In this document: positions 35,810 to 49,260 of the stretch, piece by piece
How positions within the stretch are numbered: position 1 is the first letter of the stretch
Layout: the number at the start of each line of letters is the position of its first letter
Assembly (NCBI RefSeq): GCF_963678975.1
Contig: NC_089285.1
Coordinates: forward strand, 12,026,725-12,090,724
Reading direction: 5' to 3'
Origin: Dysidea avara
Taxonomy: Eukaryota
Length of the DNA: 64,000 nucleotides
The notes under the pieces: generated by a model
What the model was told of the DNA's origin: nothing
The model's database searches: none
Seen by the model: the letters and a program-made list of their open reading frames with translations, nothing else
Position numbers and translations under genes: made by a program

Positions 35810-38575
35810 TAATTTGCAGCTGATCCCTCTACTGGGTGACTTGAAATGTAGCTGAACTCTCTACAGGGTGATCTGCTTGTACGTAGATGAACTCTTTACA
35901 AGATTCTCTCTACAGGGTGACTTGACTCTAGCTGAACTCTCTGCATGGTTATCTGTTTGTAGTTGAATTCTCTACAGGGTGATTTGTTTGCAGCTGAATT
36001 CTCTACATGGTGGTTGCTTTGTAGCTGAACTCTCTAAAAGGTGACTTCTTCTAGCTGAACTCTCTACAGGGTGATTTTTTCATAGCTGAACTCTCTACAG
36101 GGTGATTTTTTTGTAGCTGAAATCCCTACAAGGTAACTTCTTCTAGCTGATCTTTCTACAGGGAGATTTGTTTGTAGCTGAGTTCTCTACAGGGTGTTTG
36201 TTTGCAGCTGAACTCTCTACATGGGAGTTTCATTGTAGCTAAATTCTCTACAATGTGACTTCTTCTAGCTGAATTCTCTACAGGGTGACTTGTTTGTAGC
36301 TGAAATCCCTACAAGGTAACTTCTTCTAGCTGATCTTTCTACAGGGAGATTTGTTTGTAGCTGAGTTCTCTACAGGGTGTTTGTTTGCAGCTGAACTCTC
36401 TACATGGTAGTTTCTTTGTAGCTGAACTCTCTACAATGTGACTTCTTCTAGCTGAACTCTCTACAGGGTGACTTGTTTCTAGCTGATCTCTCTACAGGGT
36501 GACTTGTTTCTAGCTGAACTCTCTACAGGATGATTTGTTTGCAGCTGAACTCTCTACATGATGATTTCTTTGTAGCTGAACTCTCTACAGGGTGATTTGT
36601 TTGTAGCTGAAATCCCTACAAGGTAACTTCTTCTAGCAGATCTTTCTACAGGGAGATTTGTTTGTAGCTGAGTTCTCTACAGGCTGATTTGTTTGCAGCT
36701 GAACTCTCTACATGGTAGTTTCTTTGTAGCTGAACTCTCTACAATGTGACTTCTTCTAGCTGAACTTTCTACAGGGTGACTTGTTTCTAGCTGATCTCTC
36801 TACAAGGTGACTTGTTTCTAGCTGAACTCTCTACAGGGGATTTGTTTGCAGCTGAACTCTCTACATGGAGGTTTCTTTATAGCTGAACTCTCTACAAGGT
36901 GACTTCTTCTAGCTGATCTCTCTACAGGGTGATTTGTTTGTAGCTGAACTCTCTACAGGTGATTTGTTTGTAGCTGAACTCTCTACAAGGTGATACTTCT
37001 AGCTGATCTCTCTACAGGATGACTTGTTTCTAACTGAACTCTCAACAGGGTGATCTGTTCATAGCTGAACTTTCTACTGGGTGATTTGTTTGCAGCTGAA
37101 CTCTCTACATGGTGGTTTCTTTGTAGCTGAACTCTCTACAAGGTAACTTCTTCTAGCTGATCTTTTTACAGGACATATCTGTTTGTAGCTGAGTTCTCTA
37201 CAGGGTGATTTGTTTGCAGCTGAACTGTCTACATGGGAGTTTCATTGTAGCTAAACTCTCTACAATGTGACTTCTTCTAGCTGAATTCTCTACAGGGTGA
37301 CTTGTTTCTAGCTGATCTCTCTACAGGGTGACTTGTTTCTAGCTGAACTCTATACAGGCGATTTGTTTGCAGCTGAACTCTCTACAGGGTGATTTATTTG
37401 CAGCTGAACTCTCTACAAGGTGACTTCTTCTAGCTGAACTCTCTACAGAGTGATTGATTTTTTTGCAGCTGAACTCTCTACATGGTGGTTGCTTTGTAGC
37501 TGAACTCTCTAAAAGGTGACTTCTTCTAGCTGAACTCTCTACAGGATGATTTGTTTGCAGCTGAACTCTCTACATGGTGCTTTCTTTGTAGCTGAACTCT
37601 CTACAGGGTGATTTGTTTGTAGCTGAAATCCCTACAAGGTAACTTCTTCTAGCTGATCTTTCTACAGGGCGATTTGTTTGTAGCTGAGTTCTCTACAGGG
37701 TGTTTGTTTGCAGCTGAACTCTCTACATGGTAGTTTCTTTGTAGTTGAACTCTCTACAATGTGACTTCTTCTAGCTGAACTCTCTACAGGGTGACTTGTT
37801 TCTAGCTAATCTCTCTACAGGGTGACTTGTTTCTAGCTGAACTCTCTACAGGTGATTTGTTTGCAACTGAACTCTCTACATGTTGGTTTCTTTGTAGTTG
37901 AACTCTCTACAAGGCAACTTCTTCTAGCTGATCTTTCTACAGGGTGATTTGTTTGTAGCTGAATTCTCTACAGGGTCAGCTAAACTCTCTACAAGATGAC
38001 TTCTTCTAGCTGAACTGTCTACAGGGTGATTTGTTTGTAGCTGAACTCTCTACAGGGTGATCTGTTCGTAGCTGAACTCCCTACAAGGTAACTTCTTCTA
38101 GCTAATCTTTTTACAGGGCGATTTGTTTGTAGCTGAGTTCTCTACAGGGTGATTTGTTTGCAGCTGAACTCTCTACATGGTAGTTTCTTTGTAGCTGAAC
38201 TCTCAACAATGTGACTTCTTCTAGCTGAACTCTCTACAGGGTGACTTGTTTCTAGCTGATCTCTCTACAGGGTGACTTGTTTCTAGCTGAACTCTCTACA
38301 GGGGATTTGTTTGCAGCTGAATTCTCTACATGGTTGTTTCTTTATAGCTGAACTGTCTACAAGGTGACTTCTTCTAGCTGATCTCTCTACAGGGTGATTT
38401 GTTTGTAGCTGAACTCTCTACATGATGGTTTCTTTGTAGCTGAACTCTCTACAAGGTGACTTCTTCTAGCTGATACAGGGTGACTTGTTTCTAGATGAAC
38501 TCTCTACAGGGTAACTTGCATGTAGCTGAATTGTCTATCAGAGTAACTGTTTGTAGCTGAATTCCGTACAGAATA
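35810..38575 (+). repeat. Satellite array; 30/31-bp monomers forming a ~61-bp higher-order unit ('ctgaactctctacagggtgatttgtttgtag' + 'ctgaactctctacaaggtgacttcttctag'), ~45 dimers
   Basis: Direct reading. Uninterrupted for 2.7 kb. Confidence 0.95.
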
Positions 38576-39140
38576 TCTTACAATTCTATAATGGAATAAG
38601 TTATAAACATAGCTGAATGCTCTATTAGGGTGACTGTTCTATTAGAGTATCTCGTTTTAGCATTTGCTACACGTAGTTGCCTTTCGAATCATAACTCAGT
38701 GGTTTGTAATCCAATTCTTCTGTACTACTGCAAGGATTTCTATGATGATTATTCCAGCTACATACTGATTTTCAGCTCATTGCTCGCCTGGTAGATGTGA
38801 AAACTAATTGTTTTTTATTCATAAAAATCGATCGCGTAATTTTGACACAGGTTGCGTTTTGTGTCATATCTCCATGGTCTTTATCTCAATTCCTTTCAAA
38901 CCACAAAAAGGCACTCCTACAATGGTTACTCCATCTACATATCAAGTTTCAACTCATTCCTCCAAGGGGTTTACCCTGTAGGCATGACAGACCTTCGACC
39001 TTATTTTACGCACATAATTGGTCATAACTCCGTGTATGATCATCGGATTCCTACCAAACTTGGTACTGAAATCCGCCTTAATGAGCCCTTCAAGTGTGCC
39101 AAATTTCAGCCCTATCCGAGTACGCATTTGTGTTTTATGT
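38575..39140 (+). repeat. Element X copy 2 (starts 'gaatgctctattagggtgactgttctattagagtatctcg'), truncated at 39140 by FB-1 sequence
   Basis: Aligns with 50283-50383 + 51283-51770 and with the reverse complement of 4730-5290. Confidence 0.7.
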
Positions 39141-39141
39141 A

Positions 39142-39620
39142 AATATTTTAATAACGACAATTCAGGTGAATTTGGTGATGCTTGGTCTTGGCACAAAATT
39201 CACCTGAATTGTCATTATTAAAATTTTTACCTTTAACCTACCATCACAGCCATTTCTTGGCCACCACCTTGGATTTCACATCTTTTTTCACCATAGCCTT
39301 TCTGAGGGCCGCACTCTTTTTTTACAGCTTGGCTGTTTTGAATTAGATTTCACTTCTTTTTGTTTTTGTATACCACTATACCCCAAAGCCGAACCATACC
39401 TCCCTTGTAGAGAGGTCAGCTACAAAGAAATCACCCTGCTTCATCTTTTCTTCTTCCTGTGGTAAAGAAAAAATGATAGGTTAAAAAAAGCCCTAAAGGC
39501 GGCTATAGGCCGGCTTTGGGGTATACAAAAACAAAAAGAAGTGAAATCTAATTCAAAACAGCCAAGCTGTAAAAAAAGAGTGCGGCCCTCAGAAAGGCTA
39601 TGGTGAAAAAAGACCTCAAG
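39142..39620. mobile_element. Rearranged FB-1 fragment (right arm, one satellite monomer, then left arm)
   Basis: 'taaatattttaataacgacaattcaggtgaatttgg...' followed by '...tcccttgtagagaggtcagctacaaagaaatcaccctg' and then '...aaagccctaaaggcggctataggccggctttgggg...cagccaagctgtaaaaaaagagtgcggccc'. Confidence 0.6.
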
Positions 39621-39699
39621 GTATGGTTCGTTTCCATTTTTGGATGTTTATTGACCTCACATTTTCATCCACAATTGGATGATTATTGCAAAGGAACAA

Positions 39700-40440
39700 A
39701 ATCATCCAAAAGTGGATGATTATTGCTCATATCTCTATATAGTGAGAGATTTATGCAACAATCATCCAAATTTGGATGTTTCTTGCCATCCAATATTGGA
39801 ATACATTTGTCGCTATCCAAATTTGGATGTTTCTTGCCATCCAATAATGGAATACATTTGTCGCCATCCAAATTTGGATGTTTCTAGCCATCCAATATTG
39901 GAATACATTTCTGGTCATCCAAATTTGGATGTTTCTTGCCATCCAATATTGGAATACATTTCTGGTCATCCGAATTTGGATGTTTCTTGCCATCCAATAT
40001 TGGAATACATTTGTTGCCATCCAAATTTGGATGTTTCTTGCCATCCAATATTGGAATACATTCCTTGCCATCCAAATTTGGATGTTTCTTGCCATCCAAT
40101 AATGGAATACATTCCTTGCCATCCAAATTTGGATGTTTCTTGCCATCCAATATTGGAATACATTTGTTGCCATCCAAATTTGGATGTTTCTTGCCATCCA
40201 ATATTGGAATACATTCCTTGCCATCCAAATTTGGATGTTTCTTGCCATCCAATAATGGAATACATTCCTTGCCATCCAAATTTGGATGTTTCTTGCCATC
40301 CAATATTGGAATACATTTGTTGCCATCCAAATTTGGATGTTTCTTGCCATCAAATATTGGAATACATTTCTTGCCATCCATTTTCGGATGTTTCTTGCCA
40401 TCCAATATTGGAATACATTTGTTGCCATTCACATTAAAAG
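39700..40440 (+). repeat. Left TIR array: ~60-bp tandem units 'catccaaatttggatgtttcttgccatccaatattggaatacatt..'
   Basis: ~12 units. The ORFs in all six frames here are repeat artefacts. Confidence 0.9.
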
Positions 40441-41984
40441 TTTCTTTGATTTTAAATTGTGTATCGTAAAACATTAAAATTACTTGATGCAATTTTAAGA
40501 AGTTATGAATGATTTCGTATGAGAACAGATGGCGAAAATAAAAGGCGACAAAGTATACAAGAGGTCAACTGTCAAACAGTCAGGTATAGTGCGATTTAGT
40601 GGGATTCCACCGAACTGACACATGCCCACAAGAATACTGCTGTCAAAGGCAACTACACTGGAGAAAAATCACTTTTACGGAATAGCCGCAATGCAATCAA
40701 TTGTTAAGCACAAAAATCCTTATACGAGGCCAAATATTGAATTTAAAACCTTTGCCAAAACTCAAATTTTTAGTCTGCCTGCATTCTTGCCTGCCTCCTG
40801 GCCACAGCTGCAAGGCAAGCAGGCAGCAACAACAGCTTGGCAGCATTGGGTAGACACACCCAAGCTCAAAAATATTTTCAGACCCATTCTCTAAACCCTT
40901 CCAATAAGTTTCTATGATTTATTACTGTATAAGAAGTTGTGTTTAACAGAATTTCCGCTAACTGACTGACTGCTTTCAGCCTAGCATACAGTACAGGGTG
41001 TAGCTCAACTACAGGTTTGATTTCTTCACTATTCAATGTTGCTTCTTCCAGAGATGCATCATGCAATGAGTGCATCATGGACTCACTTTGTCCTTCTTTA
41101 TGTACCTTTTTGCTGACGGTTTTGCCTATTAAACCAACAGGTGCAATGGAATTTCAAGTTCAGTTAGGGATTGTAGAATTTAAAAGTAAGGAAACAAGGG
41201 AGGTTTCCTATAGCTGCAGGTGAATTAGGGATTATCTGCAGGTATAATAGGAAACCTCCCTTGTTCCTTCTTTTAACTTCTATGATCCATATTTTATTGC
41301 ACTTTATTATAACATAATTACGATTGGTGCACCTGTGTATTAAAAGAATGAATGGTGCCTGACGTATAATATATAGACGCACACCCAATCTATCACACTA
41401 TCAATTATCACAAAGTAAAACAGCAGTTACTGCTTGTTTCAAGCTATGCATGCATTTCAATGAACGACAGTATAACAATTGCTAAAAGCTGGCAAATTAA
41501 CACCACAGGCTTTTACCCACCACTGCAGAGCTGTACTACTTACAGCCATCTCCTGATTGGCCAGGGCTCCATGAAAACCCCAGATCGTATGTGTGTGTTC
41601 ACCATTGAACTTGATAAATGCAGCCAGAAAAAACATATTTGTTGTTTCTTACATTAAAATCTGATAGTGAATTGATGTGCATTTGAAACAAAAAAATCAA
41701 ACTTGCTGTCATGGGCTATATCCAGGTTTTGTCAGACTAAGTCATAAATTTGCTCTGCCTTTATAACCTAACTATGATAAATTGCAAAGTTAGAGACCAA
41801 ATGAAGCAGTGTATGGCCACCATGCACTTCATGTCAGAATAATAAATTCCCTGGTTGCATGTGCCTTTTGAATATCCATCCATCTTCTGTACTGTGCCTT
41901 TCCTTTTTATCATTTAGGAGGAAACCATTTTGACTTCAATAAGGTGTTGATCCTCCATGTTAACACCTTCTTTAGAAGAACTAG

Positions 41985-42275
41985 TGATTAAAAAATTATT
42001 AATTCTAAAAATGGAAGTAGGTTCCAGCGATAAAAAAACTATGGAAACAAGTGATATGCATGGTGCCAGGTATTACAACATATAGCTATGTGAGAAAATC
42101 CGTACTTTGACATCTTACCACCATCTGGTCAATTAATGTCAAAGTAGGGATTTTCTCACATAGCTATATGTTGTAATACCTGGCACCATGCATATCACTT
42201 GTTTCCATAGTTTTTTTTATCGCTGGAACCTACTTCCATTTTTAGAATTAATAATTTTTTAATCACTAGTTTCTT
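41985..42275. mobile_element. Palindromic MITE-like element (~135-bp arms)
   Basis: 'gtgattaaaaaattattaattctaaaaatggaagtaggttccagcgataaaaaaactatggaaacaagtgatatgcatggtgccaggtattacaacatatagctatgtgagaaaatcc' mirrors the sequence ending 'aattttttaatcactag'. Confidence 0.75.
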
Positions 42276-42824
42276 AACTTTTTTTGATATAGCATATAGA
42301 TGATGGTATTTTAGTACCTTTGGCTCTGACTGCTCTATTAGAGTATCTCGATCTTGCTGCCGATTTCACACGAGTATCTCAATCTCTCAATTGGAGGCAT
42401 GTACGCTTGTTTTCTGTAGTCGAATACAGCTAGACAATTGGTAATGGGCGTAGTCAGTATACCCGATCGTTGGAAACGAGCGCGTGCATTAGCTAATTGA
42501 TATGGGCGTGGCAGCGTGTTATTATTTCACTTGCTCGTTTAGCTAATTCTAAGCATCTATTCTTCTTAGTAAGCTGTTAAAATGTATTCTGGTGTCCAAT
42601 ACGGCTGCTCTATATGGAAAGTGTCGATTTGAAGTAATTAACACATTCGCATGGTTTCCTTGACTGAAGAAGAAAGACGATCCGTAATTGAAGATAAAAG
42701 GAAAGGCAAAGCGCAGATGGCATACACTCGTCGGAACCCGAAAAGGCACATGCCACCAGTGAGTTTAATATTGTGGCAAAAGATAGTGGTGGTGCGCTGC
42801 TTCGTTTGGCCTCTAGCCTTGCGA

Positions 42825-42880
42825 ATGTGGTCAGGCTGGCAGGCTGGCAGGCAGGCAGGCAGGCTGGCAGGCAGACGAAA
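42825..42880. repeat. (CAGG/CTGG)n microsatellite
   Basis: 'caggctggcaggctggcaggcaggcaggcaggctggcaggcag'. Confidence 0.85.
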
Positions 42881-43381
42881 AATCCGGATTTTGGCGATTT
42901 TTAAAATTCGATATTTGGCTTACTGTAAACGTTTTCTTTTTTTAAACGGTTTGATCATTGTTAGATGGACTATAACTATTCCGTAAAGGTGATTTTGGCT
43001 GCGTGCAATATTTCTGGGTTGCTTTTTAGAGGCAACAATTTGGCGGGCGCCGTCGATTTCATATGGAAACCTACTTAAACAGTACTATCGTACTGTTTGA
43101 TGTATTTAGACAACACAAAATTATTTTAAGGATTTGACTGCCATCAAGTTACAATTTCTATATTACTGTGCATGCGCTCCTTTGTCTGATGTATAGTCTG
43201 GTCACATAGTTAGCTTACGTATTTTGCATAACTACCAACCATCACTCAAACAATCAGTCAATTTAATACTAAGACTACATGCTACTAAGAGAACAACAGT
43301 TTTAAGAGTACACTATACAATTGTCAAAGAAAAGATTACTTTTAAAAATGAGTTGTTAATAACACCTATCAGTGTATATAG

Positions 43382-44138
43382 CTAATGATTCCTGCGTCCT
43401 TTCCTAAGTGCAATGGGAGTGCTTTCTTCACCATCAAGCGGGTCGTATCCCTTCCTTTTTTTTCTAATGGGTGCTTTAGTGCTAGCATCCTCCACTTGTG
43501 TTGTGGGTGCCCGGTCAATATCAACAGGAGGAATATTTCTATCTTTAGGATCTTCTGGCTCCTGTTGAATATATGTTTCGACATCCAAGCCATAATGTGC
43601 ATAACACTTTGTGATAATGATTTTCAGAGCAGTGCTCCAATTCCCTAAAATGAGTCGATTAGTTAAGGCTTTTATAACATACATAGAGCTTACCTTCATA
43701 ATCTGGAGGTGGATTAGTAACACTTTGAAATGGAATGTCATCAGGCCACCATGTAGGCTTAGGAGAACTCCAAGTTATGCCAGTATCCTTCAATATTCCT
43801 CTAATAATTGATTTCATTGTCAACCCGTTGAGGTAACATAGTTTATCTGGCAAAGGTGCAAGAAGTATGGAGGGATTGGTGATTTCTATTTCTTCTTCCA
43901 TCCAATCACTGCTTAATAAGATCTCTTCTTTGTGAGCTTCAATTACCCTGGTAATCCTTTTGTCTCCAAAGACATTGAGGCTGTTAGTTTTCATTGAAGA
44001 GTAGGCAAATCCAATTGCAACTCCAAGCTGGCCAAGCTCTTGACACTTCTTTGATATCACATCAAGCTTTCTCTTCACATCCCTTGCATCATTGTTTATC
44101 TTCCTATTTGCTGCCATCACTTCACTCACTAACTCCAA
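43382..44138 (-). CDS. Second ORF inside the large TIR element; unknown function. Two overlapping frames (43659-44138 and 43382-43741) suggest one intron or one frameshift
   Basis: 159-aa and 119-aa ORFs. A K/R-rich tail ('KAPIRKKRKGYD'). No recognisable domain. Confidence 0.35.
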
Positions 44139-44618
44139 CTGCTAGCCTAGAATCTGACTTCATGGTTAAATACTAAACAGCATAGGTCTACTTCAAACAC
44201 ATCAACACTATTGACACCTCTAAGACATTACTCACCTGCTAAGTATCACAGTGTAAATAATTACAACCATAAGTCTGCTACATCAGCACAGACTTTTCCT
44301 TTATGCCTAAAGGTCATAGAATAAAATTTCACTCTTCACTTTTGGGTGAAATTTTAATATCATGGCAGCTAGGAAAGGAGTACAGCCAAAGCAGTATGCA
44401 GCAAAGAAGAATTTGGTCTGCAAGAAGGTATATACTACAAATAATGGTTTTATGTGTAGTTACTGCATGTTTTACACAGAAAGGAATTCAGCAAAAAGCA
44501 ACTCTAGAGCAAGAAGTCTATCATCACAAGCAGGTAATTTGAAGTGAAATAGTCACAATACTGCCATGCAAATCCACAGTTAGGTGATTTCCCAAAGAAG
44601 ACAGCTTACATTAGAAAT

Positions 44619-46922
44619 TTGAAACTCTCAGGGCGATATTTTTCTCTCAAATGCAATGATGGATTTGTGATAGCCGATTGTGATGATAAAGGGATTCTAA
44701 AAGAGGGTTATTGCTTGGTTCAAAGAAAGGTAGTAAGGAGGACCGATTCTACAGCTGCATTTGCAGTATTACTGTGTTCATGTCCAGCTTCCAAACAACA
44801 GAACTTTAGGATTTGTTCCTTGCCTACAATATTAAAGGAAGAAGAATTTGAAATGATCATTAAAATGGAAGCATCTGAATACTGTATTCACAGCCAGTCT
44901 ATTGAAAATCTCTTTGATGTTTTAGATCATTCTTCGGACAGTGATGATACTGATAATGATGAACCTGTGGTAGACATAATTAGTTTTACTCCTCTCCTAA
45001 TATCAGTATTTGACGGCAATGCTTATGGGCTAGTAGGCCACAAAAGAAGTAAGAAATTGTACTGCTTAACTTGTGAATATGATTGCCACCATGTTACCCA
45101 AACTCAAGAATGGTGCAGTAGTAATAATGTTCACCTAGACTTGATAGAGAATTTCTCTGAAGAATCTAGCTACACCTCAATTTCATACAAGCCAATTCCC
45201 TATCCATTACCTAGACACCTTAGGCGCCTGCATGACAAACATGAAATGGGTAAATGTGAATTTCCACTACAATTAATTCCTTCAGAAAGTGATTCCTCAA
45301 CATGTGCTCATGGAAATTCTTTCAACATGGATGATCCTGTTTCACGTAACTGGATTTCCAGAAAAGGTGTTACAATATACAAGGAAGCTGTGACAATAGA
45401 TGATTTAGAAAGGACAGCCTACTATCGGCCAACAACAGGAAAATGTAAATGCAGACTTGAGTATGATGGACAAGGAGACCTGATCTTTAACCTGGATGGA
45501 AAGCATATGTTTTATTATGGATTTTTGCTACTATATCTCCATTTAATGCTGGAAGGAAGAAATCCCTTAATAGCATTCTATCGCTCAAGCTGTAAGTCAT
45601 TTTACATTCAAAGTGAATCCAAACCAGTTCATGTTAATCTCTTGAGGCAAGCCTGGAATGCATTTGCAAGGTTATTGGACATTAACTGGAATGAATCATT
45701 CAATTGTCACCTATGCGGATTAGCACCACAAACCATTATATGTGATGGCACTCTGATTGGATTCCGAAAAGATTTAGCAAGTGCTGCCTTTTCTGAAACA
45801 GTTCCAGAAGAAGGAGCCATTATCAAAGGAAGCGAACATACTGATCGTGTACTACTCAAGTCTTTAAAATCTAGGGAACTGCTCCTAAAATATTCAGGTT
45901 ACTCCAAACAAAGACGATGCTTGAGCAGTAATTCTGGATTGAACCTGGCTGAGTTTTCCCAGTTTAAAAAGTTATGTAAAAAGGAACAATGTAACGAGCT
46001 TGCAGAATTGTTAGATTATTTATCTGCCGACAAAAATCCCAAGATATCCCCTTCTGAATACATGGAGTTTTTCAACGAGCTGTCTCGCTGCTCTCCAGTC
46101 TGCGGAACTTTTCAAGTAGCAGGGAATTCTCAAGCATTAGAAGCCATTAAAAAAGTGTGTGCTGGTCTGAATCTTAGGCACCCTTCTCAGATGTCAGATT
46201 TAAAAGCTATTCAAGAACATGCTCCAGTTTTAGCAAATGTTTTGCTTAACTGCTCTTACCCTCTACCAAAACAATTTCTTGATTTTATGCAGCTTCTAAT
46301 TTCATATATTTCTGCCCCATTTGGCAAAAGGGATGCACACTTTTCTGAGCCTGACATTGGAAGTCGGCTTTCATTTTTTCCTAACCATCCTCTAGTTCGT
46401 GGAGTAGGAAAATACGCATCAGATCTTAAACTGTTGAGTCAAGAAAAAGACTCATGCCGAAAATATGCTACTCACCACCCTACTTTGACGCCAGGTATAT
46501 TCACGCTATACTGTCCTCATGGAATCTGTTATGGATTTGAAGTGATGAGAAACCATGAGAGCCCAAGAACTCCATTTCAAATTTTTTTTACAAGATTCTT
46601 GCAACCTCCAAAGGTGATAATTTATGACAATGCATGTAAGTTGCATCAATACATCTTGAACAGAGAGCCAGATCATTTTAAATCCACTAAGTTTTTGATA
46701 GACAGGTTTCACTGGAAAGGCCATGTAGGTTGCTCTAGTGGATACAATCTTAAGAATTATTCAACCTTTGATATGACTGCAATAAATTCTCAAGTAAATG
46801 AACAAGCAAATGCTGGACTCCAACGAATAAAATCACACGTTTCCTACATGAAAGAAGACAACTTCGTGTTTCATATCAAGCTGTTTCTTGCATTAACAAA
46901 TAATAGAAAACAGCAAATATAG
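44619..46922 (+). CDS. 767-aa transposase-like protein, possibly Kyakuja/Dileera/Zisupton (KDZ)-type, internal to the long-TIR element
   Basis: Long intact ORF with Cys/His clusters ('CHLCGLAPQTIICDGTLIGFRKD', 'YDNACKLHQY', 'DRFHWKGHVGCSSGYNLKNY'). A second degraded copy of its C-terminus is at 19960-20140. The family assignment is from memory of KDZ motifs, not from a search. Confidence 0.4.
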   Translation: MKLSGRYFSLKCNDGFVIADCDDKGILKEGYCLVQRKVVRRTDSTAAFAVLLCSCPASKQQNFRICSLPTILKEEEFEMIIKMEASEYCIHSQSIENLFDVLDHSSDSDDTDNDEPVVDIISFTPLLISVFDGNAYGLVGHKRSKKLYCLTCEYDCHHVTQTQEWCSSNNVHLDLIENFSEESSYTSISYKPIPYPLPRHLRRLHDKHEMGKCEFPLQLIPSESDSSTCAHGNSFNMDDPVSRNWISRKGVTIYKEAVTIDDLERTAYYRPTTGKCKCRLEYDGQGDLIFNLDGKHMFYYGFLLLYLHLMLEGRNPLIAFYRSSCKSFYIQSESKPVHVNLLRQAWNAFARLLDINWNESFNCHLCGLAPQTIICDGTLIGFRKDLASAAFSETVPEEGAIIKGSEHTDRVLLKSLKSRELLLKYSGYSKQRRCLSSNSGLNLAEFSQFKKLCKKEQCNELAELLDYLSADKNPKISPSEYMEFFNELSRCSPVCGTFQVAGNSQALEAIKKVCAGLNLRHPSQMSDLKAIQEHAPVLANVLLNCSYPLPKQFLDFMQLLISYISAPFGKRDAHFSEPDIGSRLSFFPNHPLVRGVGKYASDLKLLSQEKDSCRKYATHHPTLTPGIFTLYCPHGICYGFEVMRNHESPRTPFQIFFTRFLQPPKVIIYDNACKLHQYILNREPDHFKSTKFLIDRFHWKGHVGCSSGYNLKNYSTFDMTAINSQVNEQANAGLQRIKSHVSYMKEDNFVFHIKLFLALTNNRKQQI

Positions 46923-48664
46923 ACAGGAAAGTCATGTGTACATATACGTAGGTCAGAAATTATGGTCTGAAAAATCGCACAGTATGATCATTTACATGCA
47001 TTGTATAACATGTATTGTATGTTGTGATTGAAAAAGAATGGACTTTTTCACTAGGTTTGTGGTAGTACTGTTTAAGTAATTTTTACCCCTATAATAGCTA
47101 AAAAAAGTCATCGCCATCAAAAATCACCTAGAAATATTATGCACAGCAAAAATTAGCATTAAACGCAAGACAACAATTGTATTCGGTGGAATATTTAAAT
47201 TTAAGAAGTTGCTAATTCTTAAATTTGGTCTGCCTCACCAGTCGCAAGGCTAGAGACCAAAACAAAGCAGCTTATGGTCACCATTTTATTTCACAACAGT
47301 TAGCTCACCGGTGGCATGTGCCTTTTCTGGTTACAAAGAATATCCACCTTCTGCACTTTGCTTCTCTTCTCCTCTTCAATCACATGGTTGTCTTCTTCAA
47401 GCAAGGAAACCATATTCATGCACTAATTTTCTGTATCGACACCTTCCTTAGAGGAGCGTTTTAGTTTTTGTCACCACAAAACCATTTCTCAAGTGTTTAT
47501 ATTCTACTAGTAGAATAAGAAGCAATATCATTAAGTGTGGTAGGGTCATGGATAGTAATTTTGCTGTTTTCGTTGCTTTCTATTGTTTGTTAATGCAAGA
47601 AACAGCTTGATATGAAACACAAAATTGTCTTTTTTCATGTAGGTTTATTAAGTGCGGTAGGTTCATGGCAGTGATTGTCAAGGTTCATGATTCTTGCCAA
47701 AAATACGCATCAAAAACAGACTTGCAAACTCATTGCGTCATTCCATTATGTAGTTCTAAAAGATAGTAAGTCACTCTTCTGAATGTAAATACATGAAATT
47801 AGCAGGGAGAAAGACATCTTGATTGCCTGTCTAGGCCTAATCATGGACTTTTTCACCTTTCTGTACTTTTTCAAAACATCTTTAACCAGGCTGTGGAGCC
47901 AGGTGTCTTACAGACCTTCAGCACTTGTTAAGTGCTGTAAAGCATTAAAATAAATAGATTCAGCAGCATTGTATGACTAAAGTTAAGCACGATTCCGCCC
48001 ATATTTTGTGTACATGTGTGTGTGGCTATAATGGGAACTAAAATGTATGCACTCAGTGGCATTGTGCTACTACCAGTATCTTCTTGTTTCATTATTGTGA
48101 TCCCTACTCATGGTGAAAAATTTCTAATCCAAAAAGTTGGAGAAACTCATAGGATGCTTTTTGGGCCATTTTGAAGTAGAATGCACTCAGTGGCACTGTG
48201 TTGCTATCTTCTTGTTTCAGTGCTTTTATTATTGTGATCCCTACACATACTAAAAATTCCACAGAAACTGATCATCTGCAGCTGTATGCTACCAATCTCA
48301 CTTAAAATAATTGAGGTTTCAATAACCTCTATTTGGGGGACTCCAATGTTTTTGAGTACTGTTTCTATGGGCCGTAAATGGAGGTCGACTTGTTAGTGTA
48401 CTACAGGAAGAAGATATCGAGCTAAAACTAACAGGTACAGCTATAAGGCAATAACACAATTTTTTTTACTCGGGTTTAAATTTTTCGCCTGTTTTTCCGA
48501 GTAGAGGTAAATTAGCATTTCTTTAACAATACCTGGTGATTTCATTTCGAAATTATCTCTAGAAGTCGCATGATAGGTCCTTAGAAGTATTCTTCGTGGG
48601 AAGCTGTACTCGAAAACGTAAGAGTCCCCTAAATAGAGTTTGCAAGACGTCATTTCGGAAATAG

Positions 48665-49260
48665 TCTATATTGGATGGCAAGAACCATCTAATTTTGGAA
48701 AGCAAAACTTACATTCCAATAATGGATAGTAAGAAACATCCATTTTTGGAAAGCAAAACTTATATTTCAATATTGGATGGCAAAAACCATGCGATTTTGG
48801 AAGGCGGAAGTTACATTCCAATATTGGATTGCAAGAAACATCCAATTTTGGACGACAGAAATTACATTCCAATATTGGATGGCAAGAAACATCCAATTTT
48901 GGAAGGCAGAAATTACATTCCAATATAGGATGGCAAGAAACATCCAATTTTGGACGACAGAAATTACATTCCAATATAGGATGGCAAGAAACATCCGATT
49001 TTGGACGACAGAAATTGCATTCCAATATTGGATGGCAAGAAACATCCAATTTTGGAAGGCAGAAGTTACATTCCAATATTGGATGGCAAGAAACATCCAA
49101 TTTTGGACGACAGAAATTACATTCCAATATTGGATGGCAAGAAACATCCGATTTTGGAAGGCAAAGTTTACATTCCAATATTGGATGGTTAGAAACATCC
49201 GATTTTGGAAGGCTAAGTTTACATTCCAATATTGGATGGTTAGAAACATCCGATTTTGGA
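48665..49260 (-). repeat. Right TIR array: the same ~60-bp unit in inverse orientation ('ggatggcaagaaacatccaattttgga...attccaatatt')
   Basis: Reverse complement of the 39700-40440 units. Confidence 0.9.

Noticed and set aside
35810-38575. Regularly spaced 30-bp repeats that could superficially resemble a CRISPR array
   Set aside because: There are no unique spacers. The monomers alternate as a 61-bp higher-order satellite. The context is eukaryotic (introns, LINE, THAP/P-element transposases), and the arrays sit in inverted pairs at foldback-element ends.
39679-40492. Six overlapping ORFs (up to 252 aa) in all frames across the 60-bp arrays (also 48666-49484)
   Set aside because: They are artefacts of a stop-poor tandem repeat. 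Every frame on both strands is open with periodic protein 'repeats'. There is no start context or domain. They are the TIR arrays of the 39612-49524 element.
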